This document shows positions 1 to 10,273 of a DNA stretch of 64,000 bases, piece by piece. Source of the stretch: a bacterium (lineage in GTDB: Bacteria; Zhuqueibacterota; Zhuqueibacteria; Residuimicrobiales; Krinioviventaceae); the NCBI GenBank assembly GCA_963675755.2, contig CAXXMD010000002.1:1344001-1408000 (forward strand). The letters run 5' to 3'. Position 1 is the first letter of the stretch, and every line of letters starts with the position of its first letter. A program made the position numbers and the translations under genes. Below the pieces are notes generated by a model. It was not told the origin of the DNA. It worked only from the letters and a program-made list of their open reading frames with translations, and ran no database searches.

Positions 1-3000
1 CTTTAAAGCATTTGCCATTTGACCTTGTTCAATATAATATTGTAAATACTGCATTTCTATCTGCATTTTCAGCATAATATTGGAGTCATTGTCAGACATC
101 GCTTTGGCTTCAAGCAGATACTGGTTCTCAAATTCACCAATTTCAAGAAATTTTATTCTGGATTTCATTACCAGATATTCACCGAGTTTGGATTTATCAT
201 TCAAAGATTCTGTTATTTTTAAACAGGCATCTATTGACATTTGGGCCTGCTCTACCTGATATAAAGCAACATATACACGACTTTTTTGATAGAGCATTTC
301 AGCTTTTGTAGATTCGCTTCGGATACGTTCAGAGAATTTTATTCCTTCATCAAGAACATTCAGAGCATTCGTATAGTCCTCACGCAGGAAAAGCAATTCA
401 CCAATATTGCAATGCGATGCAACCAATCCACGAATATCACCAATTCGGTTTTTTAAATCTTTACATTTTTTAAAATAATTCAGAGCACGTTCATATTGTC
501 CACTTTCCATCAACAGAATGCCCAAATTATTATAATTTTCAGCAAGGCCTGCCCAGTCACCGGCTTCTTCCATCACCTCCATACTGGAGCGCCAGTATGT
601 ACTGGCTTTTTCAGGATTACCGGAAACATTGTATACTATACCCAAATTATTCAGGGTTGCAGCCATACTCTTTTTATCGCCCATTTCTTTCTTAACTGAA
701 GCACTTTTTGCAAAATATTTGATCGCATATTCAATATTTCCTGAATAAAAGCTAGCTCCACCCAATGTATTCAATGTCAAAGCCATAATACGAGATGGCG
801 AGTTTTCAGGTAACAAATTCAGTGCCTTTTCACCCAACTGAATTGCTTCCTGATAATTGCCTCTCATAATTGACAACCATGCCAATTCTCTCAAAATCAA
901 AGCACGTTCTATAATAGCGCTTTCAGGAGCCTGTTTTAATGCACGATTTAACGCTTCATCTGCCTGATCAACATTACCAATTTTCTGATAAAGATCAGAA
1001 ATTCGTCTTTCAAGGGCAGATTTTGCAACACCGGCTTTGTATACCGGCAACAATTCGCTATACAAATCAAGAGCAGTATTTGAATCTCCCAACAAATCTT
1101 TTAGATCCGCTACATTACGCTTAAAATAACGAACAAGTCTTTGTTTACCTTCAGGACACTGATCCAAAGCAAGCTGTGCAATAACCAGTGCACGTCTGTA
1201 CGAGTTGGAATTTTTTAAAATATTAATAGCCTGAGATGCAAGCGGTATCCCTTTATCAATATAGCCCGCTCTTAAAAAATGCATAGCTTTTTGATCAGGA
1301 GAATATTCCAGGTCTGTACTCTCTAATAAATAGACGGCAATTTTGTCTGTGATATCAGATTTAACAGTATCAGACAATTGTCCCATTACCGCGTCTCTAA
1401 AAGCAATAGATAAAAAGCTGTAAACCGTACCCAGCTTGTCGTGATGTTCAAGCAGAATGCGCTTGTCCATCAATATTTCTATATTATGTTGAAATTCATT
1501 TTCATCACAATTGACCAGGTGAATCAGTAATCGTTTTTCAATTGCAGAATCATAGACAGCAATGTTTTGTAATATATCTTTTTGGAGTTCTGAAAGGTTT
1601 CTAAATGTATTGAGATACAACGCATTGATACTGGAAAGGTCCAATGTTTCCAGATCATAAGTTTCACTCATCATCCAGGTTTTATCAGATCGGATAAAGA
1701 AACCCGCGTTATTCAAAGCAGTTACAATAGCAGCCACAATCTCAACATTTCCACCACTTTTACCATACAATTGCTGATAAAATCCGGAAGGAAACAATGA
1801 AGGCTTGAAGGCTGTTTGCAAAAGTTGTTCAAGTTCTGATTCTTCTAAACGCTTTACACGAAAATCATAAACAGCGGCAAGCGAATCACGCCCCTTTTGG
1901 ATATTCAATGCAGCTTCATCAGACTGTCGGTCTGTGGTAATCGTCACTACAATAGACACTTTATCATGAACCAGCGAACGGCCAAGATAATAAATCAGGT
2001 CCAGAACTGCATTGTTGGCTTGTTCAAGATTACGTAAAATAATAACGATACGTTTTCTTCTGCTGAGATCCCGAACCAGATTTGAAAATTCTTCCATAAA
2101 TCGAAAACGTCTGAGCTCGTAATCATCACGATTTTGACGAATTGCCAACAGCTCTTCTTCGGTTTCCGAAACGAGTTTTTCAATATCGGGATATCCTTTA
2201 AAAGCATCAACAAATGGTTGATACAGAGAACCCTTGTCATCACGGCACCAGCTCTCCAAAACTGAAATATTATCCAATTGCATTTTGGATTTCACATCCT
2301 GCAAAATCCGATATGCTCCCGAGCCTTCATTGCCATTTATTGTAATGAAATTAATTACGTCATCATGCTGTGATAAGCCAATTGATATTTGCAGCAACAA
2401 TTTTTGAATTTCTGCATCTCGCGACTTTAAAAAAGCATCCATAATTAATGGAGAAATAAGGTCACGTGTTTTTGCAGAATCATAATCTTCCACACCCAAA
2501 GCAGTTAACAATTCTTCACAACTTCCAAATCGTTCCAATGGATCTTTAGACAAGAGTCTGAAAATAACGGATTCAAGTTTATCGGAAAGATCTACACCCT
2601 GTGCAGAAAATCTTTTGGGCAGCGAGCGTAAATGCCCTGTTTTAATATCATCCGGACTTCCATGGAAAGGGGCTTTTCCGGTCAAGGCCCAGTACATTAA
2701 AATACCTGCGGCATAAAGATCTGTAGAAAAGGTTACCGGCGCTTTTTGGAAAAGTTCAGGTGCCATATATTCCAGAGTACCACTTAGGGTCTGCTTGAGT
2801 TTTATATTTTCATCTTTTCGTACGGCAAGACCAAAGTCCATCACTTTGATATTGGGATTCCCCTTTTCATCATGATAAACCATGATGTTTTCGCTTTTTA
2901 TATCACCGTGCAATATTCCCGAAGCATGTATATACCCCAGAGCCTGTACAAGCTGTATAAATAAATTTACCAGAATTTCACTGGAAAAGGAATGAACGGC

Positions 3001-3339
3001 ATCAAAAAAATCTTTGCCATTCACATATTCCATAGTATAGAAATACTCGTCTCGATCAGAAAATTTGCCAAAATCAATTACCCGAACCAGGTTTGGATGC
3101 CTGAGTGCGGATAAAATAGCAAATTCCCGACGCAAAGATTCTATAATTTCTGGATCTGAATGTTTTGCGTGAAAGACTTTGAGAACAATGTTCTCATTGT
3201 CACGTGCTGTATCCTCAACAAGAAAAACAATTCCCATCCCCCCACGGCCCAGTTCCTTTACCACCCGATAACGGCCGTTTATCACATCATCCACAGTTTT
3301 CGACTTTAGTTCAGGAGATTGAAAAACTGTATTTTCCAT
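1..3339 (-). CDS. Ser/Thr protein kinase fused to a degenerate STAND/AAA domain and TPR repeats (3'-partial, runs off the window start)
   Basis: Absent from the ORF track because there is no stop inside the window. Manual translation from ATG 3339 gives MENTVFQSPELKSKTVDDVINGRYRVVKELGRGGMGIVFLVED..IVLKVFH..HPNLV..HGDIKSENIM..DFGLA..GTLEYMAPE..TDLYAAG. A STAND-like region follows (ITINGNEGSGAY, IVIILRNLEQAN, KSGGNV), then TPRs (LNNLGIVY, YNNLGILL, HCNIGELL). I found no in-frame stop down to position 1. Confidence 0.92.
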   Translation of the reverse strand, partial: MENTVFQSPELKSKTVDDVINGRYRVVKELGRGGMGIVFLVEDTARDNENIVLKVFHAKHSDPEIIESLRREFAILSALRHPNLVRVIDFGKFSDRDEYFYTMEYVNGKDFFDAVHSFSSEILVNLFIQLVQALGYIHASGILHGDIKSENIMVYHDEKGNPNIKVMDFGLAVRKDENIKLKQTLSGTLEYMAPELFQKAPVTFSTDLYAAGILMYWALTGKAPFHGSPDDIKTGHLRSLPKRFSAQGVDLSDKLESVIFRLLSKDPLERFGSCEELLTALGVEDYDSAKTRDLISPLIMDAFLKSRDAEIQKLLLQISIGLSQHDDVINFITINGNEGSGAYRILQDVKSKMQLDNISVLESWCRDDKGSLYQPFVDAFKGYPDIEKLVSETEEELLAIRQNRDDYELRRFRFMEEFSNLVRDLSRRKRIVIILRNLEQANNAVLDLIYYLGRSLVHDKVSIVVTITTDRQSDEAALNIQKGRDSLAAVYDFRVKRLEESELEQLLQTAFKPSLFPSGFYQQLYGKSGGNVEIVAAIVTALNNAGFFIRSDKTWMMSETYDLETLDLSSINALYLNTFRNLSELQKDILQNIAVYDSAIEKRLLIHLVNCDENEFQHNIEILMDKRILLEHHDKLGTVYSFLSIAFRDAVMGQLSDTVKSDITDKIAVYLLESTDLEYSPDQKAMHFLRAGYIDKGIPLASQAINILKNSNSYRRALVIAQLALDQCPEGKQRLVRYFKRNVADLKDLLGDSNTALDLYSELLPVYKAGVAKSALERRISDLYQKIGNVDQADEALNRALKQAPESAIIERALILRELAWLSIMRGNYQEAIQLGEKALNLLPENSPSRIMALTLNTLGGASFYSGNIEYAIKYFAKSASVKKEMGDKKSMAATLNNLGIVYNVSGNPEKASTYWRSSMEVMEEAGDWAGLAENYNNLGILLMESGQYERALNYFKKCKDLKNRIGDIRGLVASHCNIGELLFLREDYTNALNVLDEGIKFSERIRSESTKAEMLYQKSRVYVALYQVEQAQMSIDACLKITESLNDKSKLGEYLVMKSRIKFLEIGEFENQYLLEAKAMSDNDSNIMLKMQIEMQYLQYYIEQGQMANALK

Positions 3340-3355
3340 TTAAACCATTTTTTTG

Positions 3356-4927
3356 TTATTCCCAATACCATTGTGCTATGTTGAAAAAAGTGGATACAGG
3401 AGAAAATTGCATTCCCTGCAAACGCTTATCCATTCCAACGATCCGTTCAGGAATCCACAAAAATGTTGCAGGTTGTTCCTGAACAATGATTTCCTGAAAT
3501 TCATACCACAAAGGTTTGGATTTTTCTGGCTCCAATATGTCAGGGGCCTGTTCTATAATTTCATCGATTCGCTTATTCTGATAACATGACAAATTGAAAC
3601 CGGGAGCTTCGATCATTGAAGAATGCCATACCGGATAAACATCAACTTTGGTTGCTGACATCATACCCAATAACAAGGCATCAAAATCGCGGGACATTAA
3701 ATCTTCAACATAAGCCGACCATTCAAGACGCTGCGGAACAACTTTGATTCCTACCTGTTTTAGCATTTCCTGAATCATCACCAGCGCATCTTCTCTTACC
3801 TGGCTGCCAATGTTGGTCATGAGTTGAAATTCAAAATCTTTTCCCTTTTTATCCAGCCAGCCATCATTATTACTATCAGTCCAGCCTTCTTCTTTTAACA
3901 AACTTTTTGCACCCTGGGGATCAAAAGGAATCGATTTTAGTTCGGGATCATAAGCCCACAACATGGGATGTATGGGGCTGTCATAAACTTTACCATATCC
4001 TTTTAACAAATGCTGTACAAGAGCTGCACGGTCAATTGACATTGTTAACGCTCTTCTGACACGGGCATTTGCAAATAAGGGTCTGCTTGTATTCCATGAT
4101 ATTTGATTAAACTGAGCATATGGAAAATGCTCGGAACGCAGTTGTGGTGAATTACTAAAATCAGCGTTATCCGGTGGTACACCTTCCATAAAATGGATTT
4201 CACCGGTTTTGAGCTGCGTCAAGAGTTGTGTTTTATCAGGTACTATTTTAAATACAATCCGTGGAAGTTTGGGTAAACCAGCAACTGCGAATTTTTCGTT
4301 TTTCAACAGTTCAATAAATTGATTTGGTACCCAGGATTGTATAACATAAGGACCCGAGAACACACCATCCAGTGTAAAATCAAAAGCTTTTATCTGCTCT
4401 GCAGATTTATCACCCAGGATGTGCTTGGGAACGATAACACCTTCACAGGCATCCATAAGTTGATAGGGATATAGAGTATCAAAATAAAAATCAATGGTTG
4501 AATCATTTAATACACTAACTTGAGAAATATGTTCTTTAACATTTGCGCCAGCCCATCCAATATCAGGGTTCGTCTGCAATTGAAAAGTAAATTCAACATC
4601 TGCCGCGGTCAAAGGCTCACCATCAGACCAAAGCACATCAGATCTAAGATGAAAGCGAATTCGGCTGTCATTATCCATCATCTCCCAGGACTTGGCAAGC
4701 GCCGGCTCAAAACTAACAAAATCCGGTTGCTCAATTAACAGAGACTGAAACAACATTTTTGATAATTCAGAACCAAACCGTGAGGTTGTGACTAGAGGAT
4801 TAAAGGAATCTGTATCACCCGGAACACCAATAATCAAAACATCCCTGGTGGCATTTTTTTCACATGAGAATAGAAAAATACCCAACAATACAGACAAAAG
4901 CAGAATTGAATATATTTTAATTTTCAC
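3356..4927 (-). CDS. Oligopeptide ABC transporter substrate-binding lipoprotein (OppA/AppA, family 5)
   Basis: Motifs PALAKSW, FHLRSDVLWSDGEPLTAADVEFT, GPY and VRRAL; lipobox LFSC. Likely start is GTG 4927 after an AAGGGA RBS (the ORF track starts at 4963). Confidence 0.9.
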   Translation of the reverse strand: MKIKIYSILLLSVLLGIFLFSCEKNATRDVLIIGVPGDTDSFNPLVTTSRFGSELSKMLFQSLLIEQPDFVSFEPALAKSWEMMDNDSRIRFHLRSDVLWSDGEPLTAADVEFTFQLQTNPDIGWAGANVKEHISQVSVLNDSTIDFYFDTLYPYQLMDACEGVIVPKHILGDKSAEQIKAFDFTLDGVFSGPYVIQSWVPNQFIELLKNEKFAVAGLPKLPRIVFKIVPDKTQLLTQLKTGEIHFMEGVPPDNADFSNSPQLRSEHFPYAQFNQISWNTSRPLFANARVRRALTMSIDRAALVQHLLKGYGKVYDSPIHPMLWAYDPELKSIPFDPQGAKSLLKEEGWTDSNNDGWLDKKGKDFEFQLMTNIGSQVREDALVMIQEMLKQVGIKVVPQRLEWSAYVEDLMSRDFDALLLGMMSATKVDVYPVWHSSMIEAPGFNLSCYQNKRIDEIIEQAPDILEPEKSKPLWYEFQEIIVQEQPATFLWIPERIVGMDKRLQGMQFSPVSTFFNIAQWYWE

Positions 4928-4937
4928 AAACTGTCCC

Positions 4938-6359
4938 TTAATAAATGATGTCGTCAGAAACATTCAGTTTTTCTACTTGTAATCCTTTTTTATCTTTTTG
5001 ATAAACAGGCAAAGAAATAGTAAATGTTGAACCTATTCCCAGTTCACTATCAACAACAATGGAGCCACCATGTTTTTTGGCAATAGCCTGACAGATACTG
5101 AGACCAAATCCATGACCTTCTGCCTTGTCAGTAAACAAAGGCGTAAAGATCTGACTCAATTTTGATTTTTCAATACCAGGGCCCGTATCTTGAATACAAA
5201 TGTCAACACAATTGTCTTTTTCAAAATAACGTGTTTTAAATGTAATATGAGTATCCGGTCGGACTTCGATAGCATTCTTTGTAATATTGTAAAAGATCTG
5301 TTGGATCTGTCCCTTGTCGACATCAATCTCTGGTACTTCCGGATCAAAATCCTGTTCAAAACTGGCACCCGATTTTTTATAAACCGGACGGATAAATTCC
5401 ATAAAATCATGAACAAGCTGATTCAGATTACAAGGTTCAATTTTGGTTTCCAGATGTGAATTGTTCATCAATCCCTGTGAGAATCGGGTCATATTATCAA
5501 GTTTTTTGGCAACAAATTCCAGGTGTCCTAAAACCTTTTTGGTATCTCCCTCATTCACCAGATAGTGTATAGCCAGCTCAAGGTTACCATAAATGATTGA
5601 CAACAAGTTGTTCAACTCGTGACCAATACGTGCAGCCATCTTTCCACGAGCAGCCATTTTTTCCGCGTAAATCATACGGTCCTGTGCATTCTCCAACTGC
5701 TCATAAGACACTTTGACTTTTTGGTATAACTGAGCATTGCGAATACCTTCTGCAGCCTGATCTGCAAACAGTTGAAACAACTGCTTCTTGATCTTGGATT
5801 TACCAATAAGTGGTTGAGAGCTGTCAGCGTAAATGACACCAATCAATTCACCATTAATAAACATAGGACAGCAGACAATACTGCGCAGTTTTAATTGACG
5901 CACACTCTGAGTGGGAGAGTAATTTTGATCTGAAAAAACATCTTCAATATAAACAATCTCTTTTTTGCGGATGGTTTCGTGCAGGTAGCTGTTACTGATT
6001 TTAAACTCGGTGTCATTCAAAATCTTTTTATCAGCATCACGACCAATCTTGAATTCCATCTCTCCCTTTTGGTTTTTCAACACCAGAAATCCACGCTCAG
6101 CATGGATAACCGAAATAGCGGCATCCATTACATGTAGCAGAACTCTTTTTATATCCAGAGAACTGTTCATCAACCGGAATGTTTCCAGCAATTTGGAAAT
6201 AAAATTCCAATCGCCTATAGAACTGTCTTCCTCCTGCGCTTCAATCTCTTCATCCAGATCTTCAATTTCCTGATCAAACTGACTTATCAGATCCATAAAA
6301 TCATTTTCAGCACCAGCTTCTTCTTTTGGAAACAGTTCCCTGTCTTTATCCGTGAACAT
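4938..6359 (-). CDS. Cytoplasmic GAF-domain sensor histidine kinase
   Basis: GAF domain (RGFLVL..LRSIVCCP..GVIYADS), H-box GHELNNLL, N-box QIFYNITKNA, G-boxes DTGPGI and GHGFGLSI. No TM segments. GGAGG RBS. Confidence 0.92.
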   Translation of the reverse strand: MFTDKDRELFPKEEAGAENDFMDLISQFDQEIEDLDEEIEAQEEDSSIGDWNFISKLLETFRLMNSSLDIKRVLLHVMDAAISVIHAERGFLVLKNQKGEMEFKIGRDADKKILNDTEFKISNSYLHETIRKKEIVYIEDVFSDQNYSPTQSVRQLKLRSIVCCPMFINGELIGVIYADSSQPLIGKSKIKKQLFQLFADQAAEGIRNAQLYQKVKVSYEQLENAQDRMIYAEKMAARGKMAARIGHELNNLLSIIYGNLELAIHYLVNEGDTKKVLGHLEFVAKKLDNMTRFSQGLMNNSHLETKIEPCNLNQLVHDFMEFIRPVYKKSGASFEQDFDPEVPEIDVDKGQIQQIFYNITKNAIEVRPDTHITFKTRYFEKDNCVDICIQDTGPGIEKSKLSQIFTPLFTDKAEGHGFGLSICQAIAKKHGGSIVVDSELGIGSTFTISLPVYQKDKKGLQVEKLNVSDDIIY

Positions 6360-6438
6360 TATAAAGCCTCCTAATGCGCTTTACAGCAAAATCATAAAAT
6401 AACAATTGGTTAACCTTACGGTTATCCACTAATTTGAG

Positions 6439-6454
6439 TACAAATATTGTGCCG
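6439..6454 (-). promoter_or_regulatory. Putative sigma-54 (-24/-12) promoter
   Basis: Minus strand reads CGGCAC-AATAT-TTGTA against the consensus TGGCAC-N5-TTGCW, ~80 nt upstream of the histidine kinase start. The -12 element is imperfect. Confidence 0.4.
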
Positions 6455-6608
6455 CAAAGACAGCACAAAACAAAACCTATTCTTTTAACAAGACCTTTAC
6501 AAATGTTGAATATTTAATAGTATTTCAACATTAATTTAACAGCCCAACTTGTTGTTTTTACGTACTCTGCTATGGTCAAAGCTGTTAATTCTCTAAAACA
6601 AAGAAAAT

Positions 6609-7415
6609 CTAGTATTTAAAAAATCTTTCCTGTAAATATTCTCCAAACAAATTAATCAACAAAACTGATACAACAATGGCCACTCCGGGAAACACACTGA
6701 TCCACCAGCCGTCAATTAATACCTGCCTGCCTTCATTGATGATATTTCCCCAACTCGGGGTGGGTGGTTGAACACCCAAACCAACAAAACTCAATGCAGA
6801 TTCAACAAGGATCACATTACCAAATAACAGGGTTGCAGATACAGCAACCGGACCCATTAAATTTGGCAGTAAATGCTTAAATAACAATCTCATTTTAGAG
6901 ATGCCAATAACAGTTTCCGCAAGAATAAAATCTTTATGCTTTAAAGCAAGCGTTTGATTGCGAACCAAGCGCGCAATATCCATCCAGCTAAAAAGCGCAA
7001 TAATCAATACAATCCACAATACCGAACTTTTACCCAATACAGCGGCTACAGACAAGATCAACAAAAATTGTGGAATCGCCATAAACACATTTATAACATT
7101 ATTCAAAACCAGATCAAATCGATCAAAAAAACCACTCAACAATCCATAGGGAATTCCAATTAAAAGTGACAGACTCACAGATAATAATGCAACCCATATC
7201 GAAATCCTTCCGCCATACAGCACTCTTGCCAAGACATCACGACCAAATTTATCAGTGCCCATCAAGTGCCCTGTATTTGGAGCATGGTATGAATTTCCCA
7301 GATCATGAGTTACAGGATCGTAATCGATCAACAACGGTCCTGCAATCAAGCTGATAAGCAATATCAGCAGCAAGACAAATGATACCGGAATATTTTTTCC
7401 TTTAAGTTGCATCAA
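6609..7415 (-). CDS. oppC: Oligopeptide ABC transporter permease (OppC/DppC)
   Basis: HLMGTDKFGRDVLARVLYGGRISI, EAA-like loop, ESALSFVGLGVQPPTPSWG. Confidence 0.9.
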   Translation of the reverse strand: MMQLKGKNIPVSFVLLLILLISLIAGPLLIDYDPVTHDLGNSYHAPNTGHLMGTDKFGRDVLARVLYGGRISIWVALLSVSLSLLIGIPYGLLSGFFDRFDLVLNNVINVFMAIPQFLLILSVAAVLGKSSVLWIVLIIALFSWMDIARLVRNQTLALKHKDFILAETVIGISKMRLLFKHLLPNLMGPVAVSATLLFGNVILVESALSFVGLGVQPPTPSWGNIINEGRQVLIDGWWISVFPGVAIVVSVLLINLFGEYLQERFFKY

Positions 7416-8383
7416 ATACGTCCTGTTTGAATTCTGGGATCAACCATTGCACTGATTAAATCTGCAATCAAAGTTCCCAGCACAACAAATAATGACATTA
7501 AAAATGTACATGCAATGATCACCGGATAATCTCTCGCAAAGGCTGAATTGATCATCAAGCGGCCCATACCCGGCCATGAAAAGACCAGCTCTATAATCAC
7601 GGAACTGGAAATTAATGCCGGTATATGCTGCCCGGTAATCGTGATTACAGGTACCAGTGTATTCTTGAGCGCATGACGCATTACAATTTCTTTATGACCA
7701 AAGCCCTGTGCACGGGCAGCCATGATAAATGTTTGATCCATAATTCCAGCAAGCCCGTTACGAATATACCTGCTGGTTATTCCCAAAGAAGCCAAAACCA
7801 TAGTTGAAACAGGTAAAAAGGCATGAGCTATTCGATCTCCCATTTGCGACCAGAATGGTAAATCATTAGCAGTAAACGAAATCATTTGCGATGACGGCAG
7901 CCAACCAAGTTTTTGCGAAAATAGCATAATCAACAAAATACCAATCCAAAATGATGGGACGGCATACAACACAAGCGTTGAGATACTGGTGAGCCGATCG
8001 ATCCAGCTGTTTACATTCAAAATTTGCATTACACCCAAAGCAATACCAAAGAGCAATTGAAAAAATAGTGCCGGCAAAGTCAGAGCCAGCGTATTGGGTA
8101 CAGTTTCTTTTAATATTGAAACAACTGTACGATGATTAGCGTACGAAACACCAAAATCACCATGAAAAATGCTTGAAATCCATGCACCAAATTGAACCAG
8201 CAACGGCTTGTCTAATCCCCAGGCGTTTTCCAGCCTGCTCATAGCATCTACTGAACGCGTAGGATCAAAAGCAATTGCAGCAGGATTGCCGGGACTGAGA
8301 CGTACCAGAAAAAAAGTCACAATCATCAATCCTGCGACAAGCAAAAGTCCGGATACAATTCGCTTTAATGCATATTCTATCAT
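7412..8383 (-). CDS. oppB: Oligopeptide ABC transporter permease (OppB/DppB)
   Basis: PGNP, GLDKPL..Q, GDFGVS, AARAQG, HALKNT, ELVFSWPGMG and RDYPVI motifs; 4-nt overlap with oppC. Confidence 0.9.
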   Translation of the reverse strand: MIEYALKRIVSGLLLVAGLMIVTFFLVRLSPGNPAAIAFDPTRSVDAMSRLENAWGLDKPLLVQFGAWISSIFHGDFGVSYANHRTVVSILKETVPNTLALTLPALFFQLLFGIALGVMQILNVNSWIDRLTSISTLVLYAVPSFWIGILLIMLFSQKLGWLPSSQMISFTANDLPFWSQMGDRIAHAFLPVSTMVLASLGITSRYIRNGLAGIMDQTFIMAARAQGFGHKEIVMRHALKNTLVPVITITGQHIPALISSSVIIELVFSWPGMGRLMINSAFARDYPVIIACTFLMSLFVVLGTLIADLISAMVDPRIQTGRI

Positions 8384-9156
8384 AAATTCCTGTTTAATAA
8401 TGTATTTTTAACCAGCTCTTTTGTAAACGGCTTGGTTGGATTTCTAAATACCTGGTTAACCGTACCGGATTCTATCATTTCACCATGGTGCATAATACCA
8501 ATCTTGTCAGCCAGGGCAGGCAGCAAGTATAAATTGTGGGTCATAAACAAAACACAAAGATTATGTTGGGTTTGCATTTGCCTGATGAGATTGATGATCT
8601 CCCATTCGGTTGATACATCAAGGCCTGATGTAGGCTCATCGCAAATTAAAAACTCTGGTTTACGCATCAATGCACGTACAATACAAACACGTTGTGCTTC
8701 TCCCCCGCTCAATTGCCGGGGAAAACGATCGAGTACTGCAGGATCCAGTTTTACTTTTTTCAACCAGTTTAAAATATGCTTTTCATAATCAATGGAATCT
8801 ATTTCAGGCATTAAAGACAAAGGTTCTCTTAAAAGTTCACGGATTGTCATTTTAGGGCTAAGAGAGGCTTTGGGATCCTGGAAAATTGCCTGACATTGGC
8901 CGCGATACCAACCCTTTCTATTCTGAATCACATCATCCAACGACTGATTTTGATAATAGACACTACCCGAATCAGGAGAAATTAAACCTAATAATAACTT
9001 GCCGATAGTAGATTTACCGGACCCGGAAGAACCTATCAAACCAAAAATTTCACCGGACTGAATATCAAAACTGACATCCTGAAGTGCGGTAAAAGATCGC
9101 TCAGGGCCTGCATGATTATTTTTGAATTTTTTACTGATTTTTTCCAGTCGTACCAT
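8380..9156 (-). CDS. oppF: Oligopeptide ABC transporter ATP-binding protein (OppF-like)
   Basis: Walker A GSSGSGKST, signature LSGGEAQR, Walker B LICDEPT. Confidence 0.88.
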   Translation of the reverse strand: MVRLEKISKKFKNNHAGPERSFTALQDVSFDIQSGEIFGLIGSSGSGKSTIGKLLLGLISPDSGSVYYQNQSLDDVIQNRKGWYRGQCQAIFQDPKASLSPKMTIRELLREPLSLMPEIDSIDYEKHILNWLKKVKLDPAVLDRFPRQLSGGEAQRVCIVRALMRKPEFLICDEPTSGLDVSTEWEIINLIRQMQTQHNLCVLFMTHNLYLLPALADKIGIMHHGEMIESGTVNQVFRNPTKPFTKELVKNTLLNRNL

Positions 9157-9165
9157 ATCTGCTTC

Positions 9166-9957
9166 TTAATTATAATATCCGTTTTCAAATTGCTGCATAG
9201 ATGCTTTAAAGCGAGAGACTAACAGTTGAGTATATTCATGACCTGGATTGCGAATGATATCCACGGTCTTGCCGGACTCTACAATTGAACCCTTTTTCAT
9301 TACATAGATATAATCAGAAAAATGTGATGCAATTGCAATATCATGCGTAATAAACAGCAAAGACTTTTCCTGTTTTACCAGCCCGGTTAATAATGACATG
9401 ATATCATATTTCAATACGGCGTCAATTCCGGATGTTGGTTCATCCGCAATGATCAGCTCTGGGTTTGCGGCAAGAGCAAGAGCAATCATGGCTCTTTGTC
9501 GCATGCCTCCACTCAACTGATGGGGATATAATTTATAAATACGTTTTGATCCAAGCCCAACCTGCTCCAACCATGAACAAGCTGTATCCTTGGGATTTTT
9601 TATATGATGATGCTTTAAGACTTTTACAATTTGTTGACCAATAGTATATACAGGATTCAATGCCAACAAGGGTTCCTGAAAAACATAACCCAATTGACTG
9701 CCACGATACCCCGCATAATCAGGTTCATTTACCGGCATTTCCTTATCATTATAACATATCTTGCCGGATTGGAGCGCGCCTTCTTTAAACTGCAACAATC
9801 CCATTATAGCATAACCCAAGGTTGATTTTCCACTACCGGATTCACCAACCAGGGCGGTCACACTTGAGTTTTCAATTTCCAAATTCACATGATCAACAAT
9901 ATATTGATCAGAGTCAGCATACCATACTGAACAATCATTTACTTTGAGTAAAGACAA
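9166..9957 (-). CDS. oppD: Oligopeptide ABC transporter ATP-binding protein (OppD-like)
   Basis: GESGSGKS, YPHQLSGGMRQR, IIADEPT. Likely TTG start at 9957, 8 nt after AGGAG (the ORF track starts at 10026). Confidence 0.88.
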   Translation of the reverse strand: MSLLKVNDCSVWYADSDQYIVDHVNLEIENSSVTALVGESGSGKSTLGYAIMGLLQFKEGALQSGKICYNDKEMPVNEPDYAGYRGSQLGYVFQEPLLALNPVYTIGQQIVKVLKHHHIKNPKDTACSWLEQVGLGSKRIYKLYPHQLSGGMRQRAMIALALAANPELIIADEPTSGIDAVLKYDIMSLLTGLVKQEKSLLFITHDIAIASHFSDYIYVMKKGSIVESGKTVDIIRNPGHEYTQLLVSRFKASMQQFENGYYN

Positions 9958-10273
9958 TTTGGAAACTCCTATACTGTCGAAAAATACGGCACACTCTTCA
10001 GACGAAGAACCGAAAAAAGGACGCAATTCGTAAAAACATCAATACAAATAGGTAAAAACTACTCACCACGCTTAAATCTATATAAACGTGCTGTATAATG
10101 CAAGTACTTTTTTGTATTTTTCTGCACCTTTTCTCCACCATTACAGATCAATGCGCAATTAACTACTATTATTTCGCAAAAATATAGTAACTATATATAA
10201 TGATAAATATAGCAATGCTATCACTACAAAAATTGTACCGTAAAGAAAGATTGAAACGTTGTGGTGAGAATTT

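Noticed and set aside
496-3589. Short ORF-track entries at 496, 939, 1995, 3204 and 3353
   Set aside because: They are shadow ORFs overlapping the long kinase gene or oppA.
9958-10273. Riboswitch or ncRNA upstream of oppD
   Set aside because: Only a weak hairpin (TCTTC-GTCT-GAAGA) and a possible promoter are visible; I recognise no aptamer motif.
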